Assembly: GCA_963664295.1 (NCBI GenBank)
Contig: OY760935.1
Span: 256,001 to 320,000, forward strand
Direction: 5' to 3'
Length of the DNA: 64,000 bases
From: Candidatus Altimarinota bacterium
GTDB taxonomy: Bacteria > Patescibacteriota > Gracilibacteria > CAIRYL01 > GCA-016699755
The position numbers and the translations under genes are program-made. Shown here piece after piece: positions 30,001-41,400 of the stretch. Under the pieces are notes generated by a model, which was not told the origin of the DNA, searched no databases, and worked only from the letters and a program-made list of their open reading frames with translations. Positions within the stretch are counted from its first letter, which is position 1; every line of letters starts with the position of its first letter.

Positions 30001-30423
30001 GATGGAGTTGTGGATTCTGCTGATTTGGTGAAAGATGGTGCGACAACAACGCCAGATTCAGTTGATGTTACTAATGGTGAAGCTACAACAACAACGTTTA
30101 CTTATACTGGCACTGAGCCAATGATGGCTGTAATGAGTCAAAATGGGGCATTTTATTGTAATATGGTTAGTGCAAATGCTATTCCTCCACTATGGAACAA
30201 TGCAGAAACCACAATTGGTGATCGTAAATATTATACATTAGGCACAATTCAGCCAAATGAAACAATAAATGTTTATGGTCGACCTAGGGAAAATGGTATA
30301 AATAATCTTAATGTTAAAGTTCATTTTTATCCTTTAGGTAGTCCTGTTGATGCCAATGGTGTGCCAACTGTTGATCCTACATTTACAGAAGACGCAGGTG
30401 AATATCTTGATGCTGCAGGTTAA
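27064..30423 (+). CDS. large acidic surface (lipo)protein with DxDGDG Ca-binding repeats and a duplicated C-terminal domain
   Basis: Hydrophobic stretch ending VSGC (lipobox-like); DTDGDG, DIDGDG, DNDADG and DADGDG motifs; C-terminal ~140-aa duplication. Confidence 0.8.
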   Translation: MKNFFKRLAYKKSPNTATLPRELDLTNLRKNNPVYNTMDKMRNSKLMRKLFGLTTATVALMGVSGCNWGEKDDVPAPGNSGDVPNPGGDTPDQVVKGAIQQEFVNPDGVELHPDGLNLKNIVYQSNDVVDGGEEEQRRSEEAKADDIHPGYNGPLTVQNNECVDVLILGEEVAGLESGEFLVEMQDGTMHQVSVDINYNEQTGQARLEVQDFIDEYNLDNPGNEIDANQIETLTTNIEGTLDIILSSSAGVSYNEATGNVEFGEKSAEFDEGKITQECTFTNGMTVKVKLTQLDTDGDGVGNLGDSLPEGVAVLGSVVDGQDSTMQFAVGSRNGENLLPAQVDAKIVWYDADGNETGEDLIPYQLQTSAIHNIDFQGPNTGFVAGKLVLLDNGAEVGSEEFNIWVDGDIDGDGIGDAEDYANTAPTVPAGSVGLNENFNVNHTINTPEGSAPASYVIISDSLTGETWQFAVQEGANQFPISLDTPGSHTLTVNTYDEDGNLLDSVNANSQVNAFNDNDADGVPDHLDYNTTPLTVNGPVVQGVGFDLPLDLDLTAGGSPVDSGVITVLKNGVPTGEIYNIAGLIDGPDTLQDLILQTTGDDISLQLELFAGGVNVDTKVSNTFTVLEDADGDGNPNTTDILTGDITVTGNGLEDQPFTVSLDVNTTNFPQAKFVQFDFSNGSDSIILPVTDGPDFSVVANMPGMTNITVSYLDENGFAIKDGDDQIITHQVDNVDIGAEYFPNGIPAPQNAVQGQEVDMTGLFEISHSADVSYLKVTFSNGASEVTINNLADLKFVIDKFGTGITMTITAYDASDNALDSATTPAFDVSEQDTDGDGVVDSADLVKDGATTSPDMVQPGSFATTTFTYTGDQEMIAVMRQNVSFRNNTISPDLHPLQWQAALAQGDGLYYETLGNIQPGETMNVYHFGDANWHNVEILFYPASSPVDANGVPTGDPSFIEDAGAYFEIETGVNDTDTDGDGVVDSADLVKDGATTTPDSVDVTNGEATTTTFTYTGTEPMMAVMSQNGAFYCNMVSANAIPPLWNNAETTIGDRKYYTLGTIQPNETINVYGRPRENGINNLNVKVHFYPLGSPVDANGVPTVDPTFTEDAGEYLDAAG

Positions 30424-30447
30424 AGAATATTAAGTTTTATAGCATTG

Positions 30448-30478
30448 AAACACCTCCGGTAAAACGGGGGTGTTTTTT
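30448..30478 (+). terminator. intrinsic terminator
   Basis: aaacacctccg-gtaaaa-cgggggtgttt followed by T residues. Confidence 0.8.
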
Positions 30479-30546
30479 ATTGTTAAACACTTTTAATTTA
30501 TGGATTTTTATGTTAAAATAATATAGATTTGTAAATAAAAATAAAA

Positions 30547-33500
30547 ATGAAATTCAGAAAAATTACTAAATTTTTACTAATTTTCCCTCTTGCCTTAGTT
30601 TTTGGCGTGTTTTTTGCAAATGATTTTGCATTAGCAGAGGATTGTTTAATTATTGATGAAACAACTGTTAATGGTAGTGTTTATAACACTGGCAACCAAA
30701 TTACAGTTGAGCCAGGAGATAATATTGTTATCAAAGCTGTTATTAAGAATAATAGTGTTAATAGTTATACATATGCATCAAAAGTGTTTTTAGATAATTT
30801 GTCTAATACTTTTAGTCAAATAAGTCCATTAAGCCTATTGATCAATTTGCAGTCATCTGCAGGCACAGATGGTTGTGCAAGTGATGTCACACAAGCTATT
30901 CAATTTAAGTCCGCAGGTGGTGAAATGGTGTTTGATTACAAAAAAGCATATTTGCAATATGAGTCTAGCGGACAATGTTTGTTGAGTGAAAACGAAATTT
31001 TAAGCAATGGTGCTTTGATAAGTAATGCTGAAGATTATTATAAAAATGGCGCCTGTAATCTTGATGGTTTAATTTATAATTTTTTTAGTTCATATAATTA
31101 TCACCAAAACAACCTCTACATCGAGCTAACAGCCCAGTGTGCTGACGGCTACGAAAACATAAACGGCTCTTGTATTTATCAATGTGCTAATCCCTTAACT
31201 GAACCAAACGCAGAAAACAATGGCTGTCAATGTATAGACGGCTACGAAAACATAAACGGCTCTTGTGTTTATCAATGTGCTAATCCCTTAACTGAACCAA
31301 ACGCAGAAAACAATGGCTGTCAATGTATAGACGGCTACGAAAACATAGATGGTGTTTGTATGGCAAAATGTCGTGCAGATCAAGTTAGAAACCCTACAAC
31401 AGATGAATGTGAATGCCCAAGCGGAGAAGAAGAAGTAAGTGGCTCTTGTGTAGCAAAATGTGGCACTAACGAAGAAAGAGATGTGTATGGCGATTGTCAG
31501 TGTATAGATGGCACTATGATATATAATAATGCTTGTCAGACTTGTAGTGTAGTTCCATATTACATGGCAAATCCAAGTAATCCTGCTCAGTGTGTGCCTT
31601 GTTCAAGTGTATATGGTTATACTAACTCTTGTGTTCAGTGTGATACTGCTAATCATTTTGTAGTTAGTGCTGACAAAAATTCTTGTGTTTGTGCCAGTGG
31701 CTATGATTCATGGAATGGCTCTTGTTTGCTTGAATGTGACACAAACGAAGTGAGAAATGGTAGTGGTGTTTGTGTTTGTGATTACGGTTATGAGCTGGTA
31801 AACGGCTCTTGTGTATCTGTATGTGGAGCTAATAAAGTAAGAAATGCGACTACTGGTTTTTGTGAATGTGATGCGGACAATGGTTATGTTGCTGATGGCA
31901 GTGGTGGTTGTGAACTTGATGAATATAACGCTATATTTACCTTGACGTCATCTCAAGAAATGCCTGGAGCAGAAGTTTTGGTTTGCAGTAGCTCAAATTA
32001 TACTGATTGTATAACAGGTACAACTAATAGCTCAGGCTACACTGTATTTGATACTGTGCCAATTAGCTCTGTTTTTTCTAATTGCTATCTTGCCAGTTAT
32101 AATAAGGCTTTGAATTGCCCTGTGACACACGGAGATAGTTTTGCTATTTATTATAAAGTAAGTAAAGATGGCTATGGTGATGCAGAGGGGTTTAAAACAG
32201 CAAGCAATGTGCAAGCTGATTTAAATTTTACTGGTACAGTAGCTACGTTAGGAAATTGTTTAACTGGCTATCAGGATTTTGATGATGGCAATGGCTGTGT
32301 GGCTTGTGAAAATGTTCCAGGATATGATGCCAATTGTAATTGTGATAATAGTAATAATTATGTTGATGATGGCGCTGGTTCTTGTAAATTGTGTAATATT
32401 AATGAACACAAAATACCAAATGCGGACTTTACTGATTGTATTTGTAATGCGGAAAATGGCTATGTTGATAGCAATAATGACGGCGTTTGTGAGCTTGATA
32501 CTTATAATGTGAGTTTTAAGTTTAATGTAAAAACATCTTCAAGTGCGCCTATTGAAAATGCAAAATTTTCAACTTGTCTTAGCGCAGATCATGCTAGTTG
32601 CACAGAAATAGGCACAACAAATGCTAGTGGTCAAATGGAGTTTAGCAGTGCAATAGCTGGTTGTTCTCTTGCTGATGAAAACACAAGTTTAAATTGCCCT
32701 GTGACACACGGAGAAAATTTAAATATTTATTACAAGGTTAGTAAAACAGGTTATCAGGAAGTTAAAGAATCTTCTTTAAATTCTGTTGTGGTAAACAATA
32801 TAGACTTAACTAGCAAGGTAGTCACCTTGGGAACTTGTGCTACTAATTATAAAAAAGATGCTGATGAATATTGTGTTATTTGTGGTGCTGGCGATGGGCC
32901 TACGGAAGGCTGTTGTCTTGATCAACAAATATTTTATGGTGGCTCTTGTCAGACTTGTACAGATTTAACTGGTTATATTTTGGAAGCTGGTGCTTGTGCT
33001 TGTAATTCTGTTGAACATTTTATTAGCGATGGTGCTGGTGCTTGTACATGTGATGCTGATAATCATTTTATTAGCGATGGTAGCACAGGCTGTGTTTGTG
33101 ATTCTGCTAATTATTTTGTTAATGATGGCACTGGTAATTGTATTTGTGATAGTACTCATAAAGACCCAGACAATTCTGGCGCTTGTGTAGTTTGTGATGA
33201 AGGTGATGGTCCTGAGCAGGGTTGTTGTTCTGAAGGACAAATTTTTTCTGCTGGAGAATGTTTTTCAGCAAAAAATGACTTTAAGCTTTATATTAAAGTT
33301 GCTGAACATGATGGAACAGCTTATACAGACAAAGTGGCTGATATAGAAGTTCAAGCTTGTAAATCTGATGCAAATGGTGTTTGTGCTAGCGAATATTATT
33401 CACTTGGAACAAGTACTGCAGATGATGTGAATTCAAATTTTAATTTTATTGATAGTAATTTTACTGCCCTTTTTGATCCTGATTGGAATTGCACAATTAT

Positions 33501-35412
33501 AACAAGTCACCCTGCGCATATTGCTTGCACTATGCCAAGAGGGGAGACATTGAATTTGACTTTCAAAGCTCTTCCAAGTGCAATCTATACTCCTTATGAA
33601 ATTAAAATGCCTATAATTAGCTGGCAAAGTGGGCTTGATATAGGTGATTCTTGGCAGGCTGTAAAAGTGAAAAAAATGGAAGTTTGTCCTATTGAAATAC
33701 TTGATCCAGTTGTTGACAGGGAAAATAGTCTCATAAAATGGTATTGGGGCTATACAACAACAAATGATTGTATTGAGGCAAATGAATTTGAGTTTTCTTT
33801 AGATAGCTCAGAATATCAACCTTTTGATGGATCTGATTTATTGAAAATTGATTTTGATTGTAATGATCATGATTTGCAGATAAAAGGTATTTATGAGGAT
33901 AAATATGCAGAATCAAATGTTTCTAATTATGTGCCTAATTGTGGTTGTGGCAATGGTTTTATAGATGAATATGAGCAGTGTGATGATGGAGATATAGTTA
34001 GTGGTGATGGTTGTAGTTCTGCTTGTCAATTTGAGCCTGTGATGTGTGCAGACTTAATAGGCGACACTAGTTTGCCAACAACGAACTATATGCGAGTTAA
34101 TGATGTTGTAAGAACTTGTCAAGAATGGGACACAACAAATAATATTTGTTCTTCGTGGGACAATAGTCCAGATGATGATCCAGCTGAGTGGACTTATGAT
34201 GATTCTGATACTCCAAGACCTTGTTCTTTTGCTTGCAGTCTTGGCTTTACGCATGATTATGATGAAAACGATAATCATATTTGTACTTCAGCAGAGCCTG
34301 AATGTGGAAATGGCATAACAGAAGCAGGAGAGGTTTGTGATAAAGGTGAAAATGATGAATATATTGATCTTTGCGGAAATGATTGTACAGGTGGCTTAGA
34401 CAGCTTTGATTGTAATAATTATCAAACAGATGGTTTAAATATTGAACTTGTTTCTGATGATGTTGTTTCTGTTAAATGTTTAGCGGTTGATGATGTTAAT
34501 AATCCTACTTATTGTACTCAAAAAGCTGATCCAAGTGTTGTTTTTAGTGATTATGGTAGCTCATGTGCTCCAAATACATGTTGCTTTAACTGCACAAGTT
34601 CAGATTACCAAATTAACGGTGAAACTTGTGAATATGTTGCACCAGACGAAGAAGATGATGCTGAGGAAGAATTTTTTGTTTCCAATCCAAATGAAGGTGC
34701 AGTAGCAACCTGGAGTAATACAAAAGGTGGAACAGTAGCTTATCTCTGGACTGCAATTAATGACAAAATTAATGAAGTTGGCGAAAAAGCTTTCCAAAGT
34801 ATTTCCAGAATTGGCAATGGTGAAATGCAAGCCCTTGAAATGCGTTTTAGGATTTATGTTGGAGATGAAAACCTTGGTGGATATGAGCAAGATAAGTGTG
34901 ATGATAATGGTTTTTGTCAAAATCTTGTTCGCTGGAAATTAAGCGGACTTGATCCTAATACAGGTGAAAAAATTAGCCTATATTCAACAGAAGAATGTCT
35001 TTATCAAAGCGGAAGTACTGTTTGTTTACAAGACTTTATGAATGGTGTTGTTGAAGATGGTTATATTACAGTTTCAGTTCTTTCTCCAGAAGGAATTGAT
35101 AATGAAAACAATCGTCGTGCAATGATCAACTTTTTAACTGACAATGGAGGACTTGTGTATCCTCAGCTTGAGTTTGCTTTTGGCGAAACTCCAGAGTGGG
35201 CTGGTATTCATTTTCCAAAAATTATGTATCAATTAAGATTTGGTCTTCTTGGTGCAGTTTCTGACTATGATGAAGATATTGTCACAGTTCCAGATGAATA
35301 CATTACAATTACCTCAGAAGGAACTTCACAAGGCACAAAACAATCTGTTGAAGTAAAAATTGCGCCAAAGAAAATTTTACCAATCTTTGATTATGCAATT
35401 TTCCAAGATTAA
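30547..35412 (+). CDS. giant secreted Cys-rich protein (EGF-like and DUF4215/Myxococcus-type Cys repeats)
   Basis: Signal peptide ALA; many C.C..GY....G.C units; CGNGFIDEYEQCDDGDIVSGDGCSSAC. Confidence 0.85.
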   Translation: MKFRKITKFLLIFPLALVFGVFFANDFALAEDCLIIDETTVNGSVYNTGNQITVEPGDNIVIKAVIKNNSVNSYTYASKVFLDNLSNTFSQISPLSLLINLQSSAGTDGCASDVTQAIQFKSAGGEMVFDYKKAYLQYESSGQCLLSENEILSNGALISNAEDYYKNGACNLDGLIYNFFSSYNYHQNNLYIELTAQCADGYENINGSCIYQCANPLTEPNAENNGCQCIDGYENINGSCVYQCANPLTEPNAENNGCQCIDGYENIDGVCMAKCRADQVRNPTTDECECPSGEEEVSGSCVAKCGTNEERDVYGDCQCIDGTMIYNNACQTCSVVPYYMANPSNPAQCVPCSSVYGYTNSCVQCDTANHFVVSADKNSCVCASGYDSWNGSCLLECDTNEVRNGSGVCVCDYGYELVNGSCVSVCGANKVRNATTGFCECDADNGYVADGSGGCELDEYNAIFTLTSSQEMPGAEVLVCSSSNYTDCITGTTNSSGYTVFDTVPISSVFSNCYLASYNKALNCPVTHGDSFAIYYKVSKDGYGDAEGFKTASNVQADLNFTGTVATLGNCLTGYQDFDDGNGCVACENVPGYDANCNCDNSNNYVDDGAGSCKLCNINEHKIPNADFTDCICNAENGYVDSNNDGVCELDTYNVSFKFNVKTSSSAPIENAKFSTCLSADHASCTEIGTTNASGQMEFSSAIAGCSLADENTSLNCPVTHGENLNIYYKVSKTGYQEVKESSLNSVVVNNIDLTSKVVTLGTCATNYKKDADEYCVICGAGDGPTEGCCLDQQIFYGGSCQTCTDLTGYILEAGACACNSVEHFISDGAGACTCDADNHFISDGSTGCVCDSANYFVNDGTGNCICDSTHKDPDNSGACVVCDEGDGPEQGCCSEGQIFSAGECFSAKNDFKLYIKVAEHDGTAYTDKVADIEVQACKSDANGVCASEYYSLGTSTADDVNSNFNFIDSNFTALFDPDWNCTIITSHPAHIACTMPRGETLNLTFKALPSAIYTPYEIKMPIISWQSGLDIGDSWQAVKVKKMEVCPIEILDPVVDRENSLIKWYWGYTTTNDCIEANEFEFSLDSSEYQPFDGSDLLKIDFDCNDHDLQIKGIYEDKYAESNVSNYVPNCGCGNGFIDEYEQCDDGDIVSGDGCSSACQFEPVMCADLIGDTSLPTTNYMRVNDVVRTCQEWDTTNNICSSWDNSPDDDPAEWTYDDSDTPRPCSFACSLGFTHDYDENDNHICTSAEPECGNGITEAGEVCDKGENDEYIDLCGNDCTGGLDSFDCNNYQTDGLNIELVSDDVVSVKCLAVDDVNNPTYCTQKADPSVVFSDYGSSCAPNTCCFNCTSSDYQINGETCEYVAPDEEDDAEEEFFVSNPNEGAVATWSNTKGGTVAYLWTAINDKINEVGEKAFQSISRIGNGEMQALEMRFRIYVGDENLGGYEQDKCDDNGFCQNLVRWKLSGLDPNTGEKISLYSTEECLYQSGSTVCLQDFMNGVVEDGYITVSVLSPEGIDNENNRRAMINFLTDNGGLVYPQLEFAFGETPEWAGIHFPKIMYQLRFGLLGAVSDYDEDIVTVPDEYITITSEGTSQGTKQSVEVKIAPKKILPIFDYAIFQD
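31144..31347 (+). repeat. intragenic 93-bp tandem repeat (2.2 copies)
   Basis: gacggctacgaaaacata at 31144, 31237 and 31330; encodes a 31-aa EGF-like unit. Confidence 0.92.
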
Positions 35413-35436
35413 AATTAATTAATTTAGCTTTAGCTT

Positions 35437-35467
35437 AAAAAAAGCGCCGATTAAGGCGCTTTTTTTT
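35437..35467. terminator. bidirectional intrinsic terminator
   Basis: aaaaaaagcgcc-gattaa-ggcgctttttt between convergent genes. Confidence 0.85.
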
Positions 35468-35490
35468 GTTTTAATGAGTTAATAAAATTA

Positions 35491-38400
35491 TTAATATACC
35501 TCAAACCAATCTCCGTCTGTTCTACCAAATGTTTCTGGATGATACATTTCTTCTGCCACAGTTGGTATTAGTTGAAATTTACCTTCTGTAATTGCTCTAG
35601 CCAAGAATCTATACTCATAAACACCACTTGGAACATAATCAGCAAAAAGCAATATCCTATCATCCCTCATTTCTTTGTGATTGAAATACCAAAGATCGTC
35701 CCACCAACACCACCATCTGCCACAAGTCTGAGAAGTTTCGTCTAGTAATCCCATATCTTCTGTTTCTAGGTTGAAGTTAATTGCTTCTAGTCCTGCTGGA
35801 AGAGGGGAATCAACAACTAAGAAATTCCTTGTATCAGGGATCATGATGGTTATTTTTCCTCTGACTATTTCACCTTGTTTGATTTTAGTAATTGGGGTTT
35901 CCATGTCTTTGTCTTCGAAAGTAAAGAATTCTCTGGTCACACCTACTCCATTATTTTTTTCTGTCACTTTTTCACTAGGAAGATAGTAATTTGCAACAAT
36001 GTCGTAAAATAATTTACCCTCGCCATCTTTTTTAATATTAATTTCATTTTCCAATGGACTAATTCTTAAATTCTCTATATTTTCCATGAAAGTTTCATTT
36101 TCTAGCCTTGTTTCTGTTGTCCAAGCTTTTTCCGCAAATAGTTCATCATTTAAGTGCGCAGTAGCTGTGAAATTTGGATTTAATTGACCTGATTTTTCTA
36201 ACCATTCCATATATGAAATCAACACCCAAGCTGTGTTTTGGGTTGTGCCCCATGGACCTCCATAACGATAGCGTTGTTTTGATTGTTGTAAATAATCAGT
36301 TATTTTGGCGATCATTGGGTGATTTGCGTCTTCTCTGCTCAAAGCCAAAAGCGCCATTGCAGTATTGCGAATATCGCTTGACCAATAGTCATAATAATAA
36401 GAATTTTGATTGCTAGCGAATTGCACTCCGCGATCTGTTTGTTTGCCCAGTGCCTCAACTTCGCTAAGTAAAATGGCGTTTTTTTCAAAAGCTCCACTTA
36501 AATCATCATCAGAGAAATTTTGATAAGCAAGTAAAAGACAGATTTTATTGAAAACACTCAAGTTTTCCCTGTTGTCATAAAATAAATTAGCTAAAGCAAG
36601 TTCGTTTTTATCACCCTCAGAAAGCATGAAAATCATAAATATTTTATCACTATCTGATACAAACTTATCTGCTAGTTTTATTTTTAGGTAATTCTCCAAT
36701 CTTCTTCTGGTGTCTTCATCTATTGTGTAGCCGGCTTTTTTTGTTTCTAGTAAGCCAAAATAAACATAAGCAGAAAGTTGAGGATAGCTTTTTTCAGAAC
36801 TTTCCCAGAAACCAAAACCGCCATCAGAACGCTGAAGTTTATAAATTTTTTGCATGGTTTCTTCAACCATTTTTTTAAGTTCATCTTCGGTAAGTCCAGT
36901 TAATTGCTTGCCAATAGTGTCTTCTGTGCGTTTAATTACAACATTTGCTAAATGCCTACTCATTATTTGTTCTGTACAACCATATGGATAACGAACAAGC
37001 TTGTTTAACCCCTCTGTGAAGTCACCAGTTTTAAGGGCAGAAAGAGTAAGGTTAATATTGCCCATGTTTGGCAAAGCTACTTGAGGAATTTTTACAAATT
37101 CACTTGTTAAATCTTCTGTTATTCCGCTTGTGGCAAGGCTTTCGCCTACTGCAGGCGGATTAACAGGGATAAAAATCTCCACCTCATCAACATAAACTGT
37201 ACTTTCTGTTTTAAAGTTTAGTTTTATATCTTCAAAGTCACCATATTTATCAGAATTACTACTTACTACGCCCTCAAACTCAATTAGTTTTTGCTCACCA
37301 GGCTCAAGAAAATCAGATTGTGTTTCATTTTTCTTAAGCTCAAAGTTTTCTGTTTTTAATGAAGTTTTTATAGCTATACTTTTTTCAGTTTGATTATGAA
37401 CAAGAGCACCAACTTTAAATAAATCACCATTAACAGCAAAGCGAGGTAAACTTGGTGTGATCATTAGTTTTTTCTTGCTAATGAAATTTTTTGTACTCAT
37501 GCCAAACTCGGAGTCATTTGTGGAGGCAATAGCAAGAATTTGCCAGGTTGTAAGATTGTCTGGTAGATCAAAACTAACTTCAGCCTTTCCGTTTTCATCT
37601 GTCACTACTGTTGGCAACCAATAGGCGGTATCTCGGAATTCACCTCTTTTTTTGCGAGCAAGGTCAGCCGCACTAAGAAGCTCGCCACCTCCGCCACCTT
37701 TTTCTCCTTTTTGCGCTTCTACATTCAACCTTTCTGTAAAGAAAACCATACTAGAGATTGTTTGTACGCCAATATCACGCCTACCCCAGAAATATTGAAC
37801 AATGTCACCAATACTTCTGCTTTTTAAAGCAAGTACGGACTCATCAACAACAGCAATTGTTATTTCAGTGTTTGCTACTGGCTCTCTTTTATTATTTATT
37901 GCTTGAATTTCCAGTTTAACCTCTTCTGATGGTAAATAATTTTCTTTATCAGTTTTTAGGTTTATTTCTAGTTCTTTTTCTTCAATGTTCACTGGTATCT
38001 CTGCAATGCCCATTTTTATTTCTGGACTAAAGCTTTCTGAGTCATCGAAATCCATATCTATATCTTGTTTTTCATATTCTTCAATTTGTTTTTTAATTGC
38101 TACTTCTTCTGTTTCTAAAGATGATTCTTCGATTTTTTTATTTTTTAGTTCTTCTTTTGCTTTTTCCATTGCTTCACTAATTAGCTTTTCCCTGTTTTCT
38201 TTTAAGTCTTCTGCTTCCAATTCTTCTTCGAATTTCTCAATTTTATTTTCAATTTCTTTGATTTTTTCTTCTAATTCATCTAATTCTTTTTCGATTTTTT
38301 CACCTCTTTTTACAGTTTTATATACAGCGCTTTCTGCTCCTTTTCCTTTAAATAAAATCACAGAAACATAAGCATTTGGAAGCATGTCTTCTGTCACTTT

Positions 38401-41400
38401 GATTTTTAGGCCTCTTCCGCTGGAAACTTCTTCTGTAAAATAATCAAGAATATTTTTTCTTTCTATTGTCACCAATGCTTTTACGGGTTCATCAAAAGGG
38501 CTTTCTATTATTAAATTTGCAGTATCACCAACATTGTAAGAAGTTTTGTCTGTGCGAATGTTTATACGATCATTATTGCTTCTTGACCAACTTACAAAGT
38601 TGTTTGTGGATATGTATCCACTATCAGATGATTTATAGCTTCCTAGTTCTGCTATTGCCTTTATGCTTCCTGAATAATTTGGATTATCTTTATCAATTTT
38701 GAAAGTAGCAGTTGCTTTACCGTCTATATCTGTAATTACGCTTTTTTTGTCTAATTCTTTTAATTCTTCTTCTGTTTCCCAATAAAAAGCACCATCAACC
38801 CCTTGTTTTTTAATAGAATTCCACTTTCTTTGATAAAGAGTTATTTCCACATCTTGGTTATCAATACCTTTTCCATCTGGATCAACAGTGATCACAGAGA
38901 ATTCTGCCTTATCTTCACTGCCAGAAAGATAGTAATTATCATTGCGAATACCAACAAGTACATCATCAGGATAAGCTTCATAAGTTTCGCTTTTTGTCAC
39001 TGTTCTAGCAGTTGCATCTTCTGCTGTTATGCGCAGGGTAAGTAGGCGAGGGGATTTTTCTTCAATATTAATTGGAAAAGAAATTTTTGCCTTACCTTCT
39101 TCGTTTGTTTTGCTGTTGCCACTTGCAAGCACATTTTCCTCTGTTTCACAGTACCACCAGCAGTAATTTTCAAGATTGCTAAAGCTATACCAGCCATCTA
39201 CTTTAGAGAAAAAGTAAGGTTCTTCAACAACATACCAATCAAAGTCAGTGTCTGGCATTTTTGCGCCAAAATATCTACTTAATTCAATATCTGCTTCAAA
39301 TTTTTCACCAATTAAAAAGTAATTTTTTTCACTTGTTATATCTATTTTGAAATCTGGTTTTTTGTATTCCTCAACCCAAAATGTGTGAATAAACCAGTCA
39401 TCAGTATCAGCTTCTTCGTTTGCATATTTAACAATCAATGAATATTGTCCCACTTCCGCACTTTCATCAAGGTTTAATGTGCCATTAAAAGTGCCATTAG
39501 CAGAAAGAACAATGTTTTCATTAAATAATTCCTTGCTTGTTGGACTTTCTATTTTAACAGAAACAGCAGTGCCGTCCTCAGGCACAACAAGGTCAGCATC
39601 ATAATCAAGACGAACTATTCCTTTAAAATTAACCTCATGTCCAGGACGATAAATTGGTCTATCAGTAAAAACATAGCCAAGCCCATGACCAAGATATTGC
39701 CAATCATTATTAAGATTAAAATCCCAAACAGAAATACCACTATCCCAAGAAGAGCCAACATAAGATTTATATTCACTGTTTTCTGCTATTGCAAAAAAGC
39801 GGTCATAACGATTTTCTTTTTTAAACTCAAAAAATCCTTTTTCATCTGTTTCTCCGCGAGCGACAATAGAGCCATCTTCGCCATAAATAGCAATAGGAAT
39901 TTCTTTAATTGCTTTTCCTTCCAAGAAATCAGTCACAAAAAGTAAGACTTTTTCATCTGTTGTTTTTGCAGTTATAGAAGAATTAGCAGTAAAAAGACCT
40001 TCGTGAAAAACAACAGGCCTACTATTATCCCAACTATAAGTATACTCAGGAGAGTAAAATTCATAATAATAAGCACCTCTTTCAATGTCAATGCGTTCAT
40101 ATAAAGGAACTTCAGTAATTACCCACTCATTTTTTTGGTTTGCCAGTTTTTCTGTCCATTCTTGTGCTTCTTCAACACACTCAATTCTGTCCCACCAGCC
40201 CCAATCAGCTTCTATTTTTGCAACTTGAGAATTAGTTAATTTGCAAATTTTAAATTTAATCTCTTCTACATTACGAGAGCGAACAAATACGCCAATGTCG
40301 TCGTCGCTATCATAAAGCGATCTTCTGCCACCTTTACTCATAAGTTGCATACTTTGAGGGTAGTCTTTGGTTTTTAATATGCTTTTAAAACCTTTTTCAA
40401 GAGTTTGGTCTTTTTTGTCTTTTATGCCTTCCAAAAGACCCCACTTATATTCTGTTTGTGCTTTTAAAGGCACATTAATTTCATAAAGAACTTTGGTTTT
40501 TTCATTTTTATCGTTAGCACTTCTACCAGAATAACCTCTGCTAACTTTAATTTGTTCTTTATCTACTTCAGGTTCAAAAAATAGCTTTTCTTTTAACTTA
40601 TCAGTATCAACTGGAGAAGAAAGGGTAACACTCAAAGTATCATTAGGCATTATAGAGCTATTGTTTTGTGGGTAAAAATCTCTAACTTCAGGGTCAGCTA
40701 AGGTGACAAAATGAAGTTGATATTCTTCATTTAACTCTTTTTCTCCTTTTAAGCTTTTTACTCCTTTTTCAATCTGCACAGTAATTAGCTCATCTTTTGG
40801 AAAAGAAGGCTTAAAAGAAATTAAAGTTTTTGAATAATCTTGTTCGCCATTTTCTGTTTTACCAGGAGCAACTTCCAAAGTGCGTTTTACATCGTTTGGT
40901 AAATCCGGAGTGATTGTTAAGTGCTTAAATAAGCTTTCTGTGCTTATTTCTTGGTTCCAAGTGAGCGTAATTGCTTCTCCTGGATCAACAAATTCTTCCA
41001 TTTCCAAAGGATCTGATTTGATAATTGCTGGAGCCTCTGTTTCAAGGTGCCAAACAATCTCTTCCTCTGTTGTTCCTCCATCTGCAGATGGCATGCCTTT
41101 TTTAAGGGTCACTTCTAAGGTATTTCCCATTGGCAATTTATCTGGATTAGGAGTGAATTGTAGGCTCGATGTGCCAAGAAAACGATAATCACCCTCCATT
41201 GGAGGATCAAAAATTAAGTAATCTTCTATATTGTGTCTGCGATCATTTGCATCTTGTAAATCTTCTTCAGGAGTGAAAGCAGCTCGAATAGGCCTATCAA
41301 ACATAACAGTTATTGCCTGATTTCTTTTTAAAGTTGGATATTCATCCAAGTTTTCATCTTCAATTTTTTTAATAGCAGCAGATTTAATTTGTTTTTGTTT

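Noticed and set aside
29557-30420. DGR template/variable repeat pair
   Set aside because: Differences between the two copies are not adenine-specific, both are in frame within one gene, and no reverse transcriptase is present.
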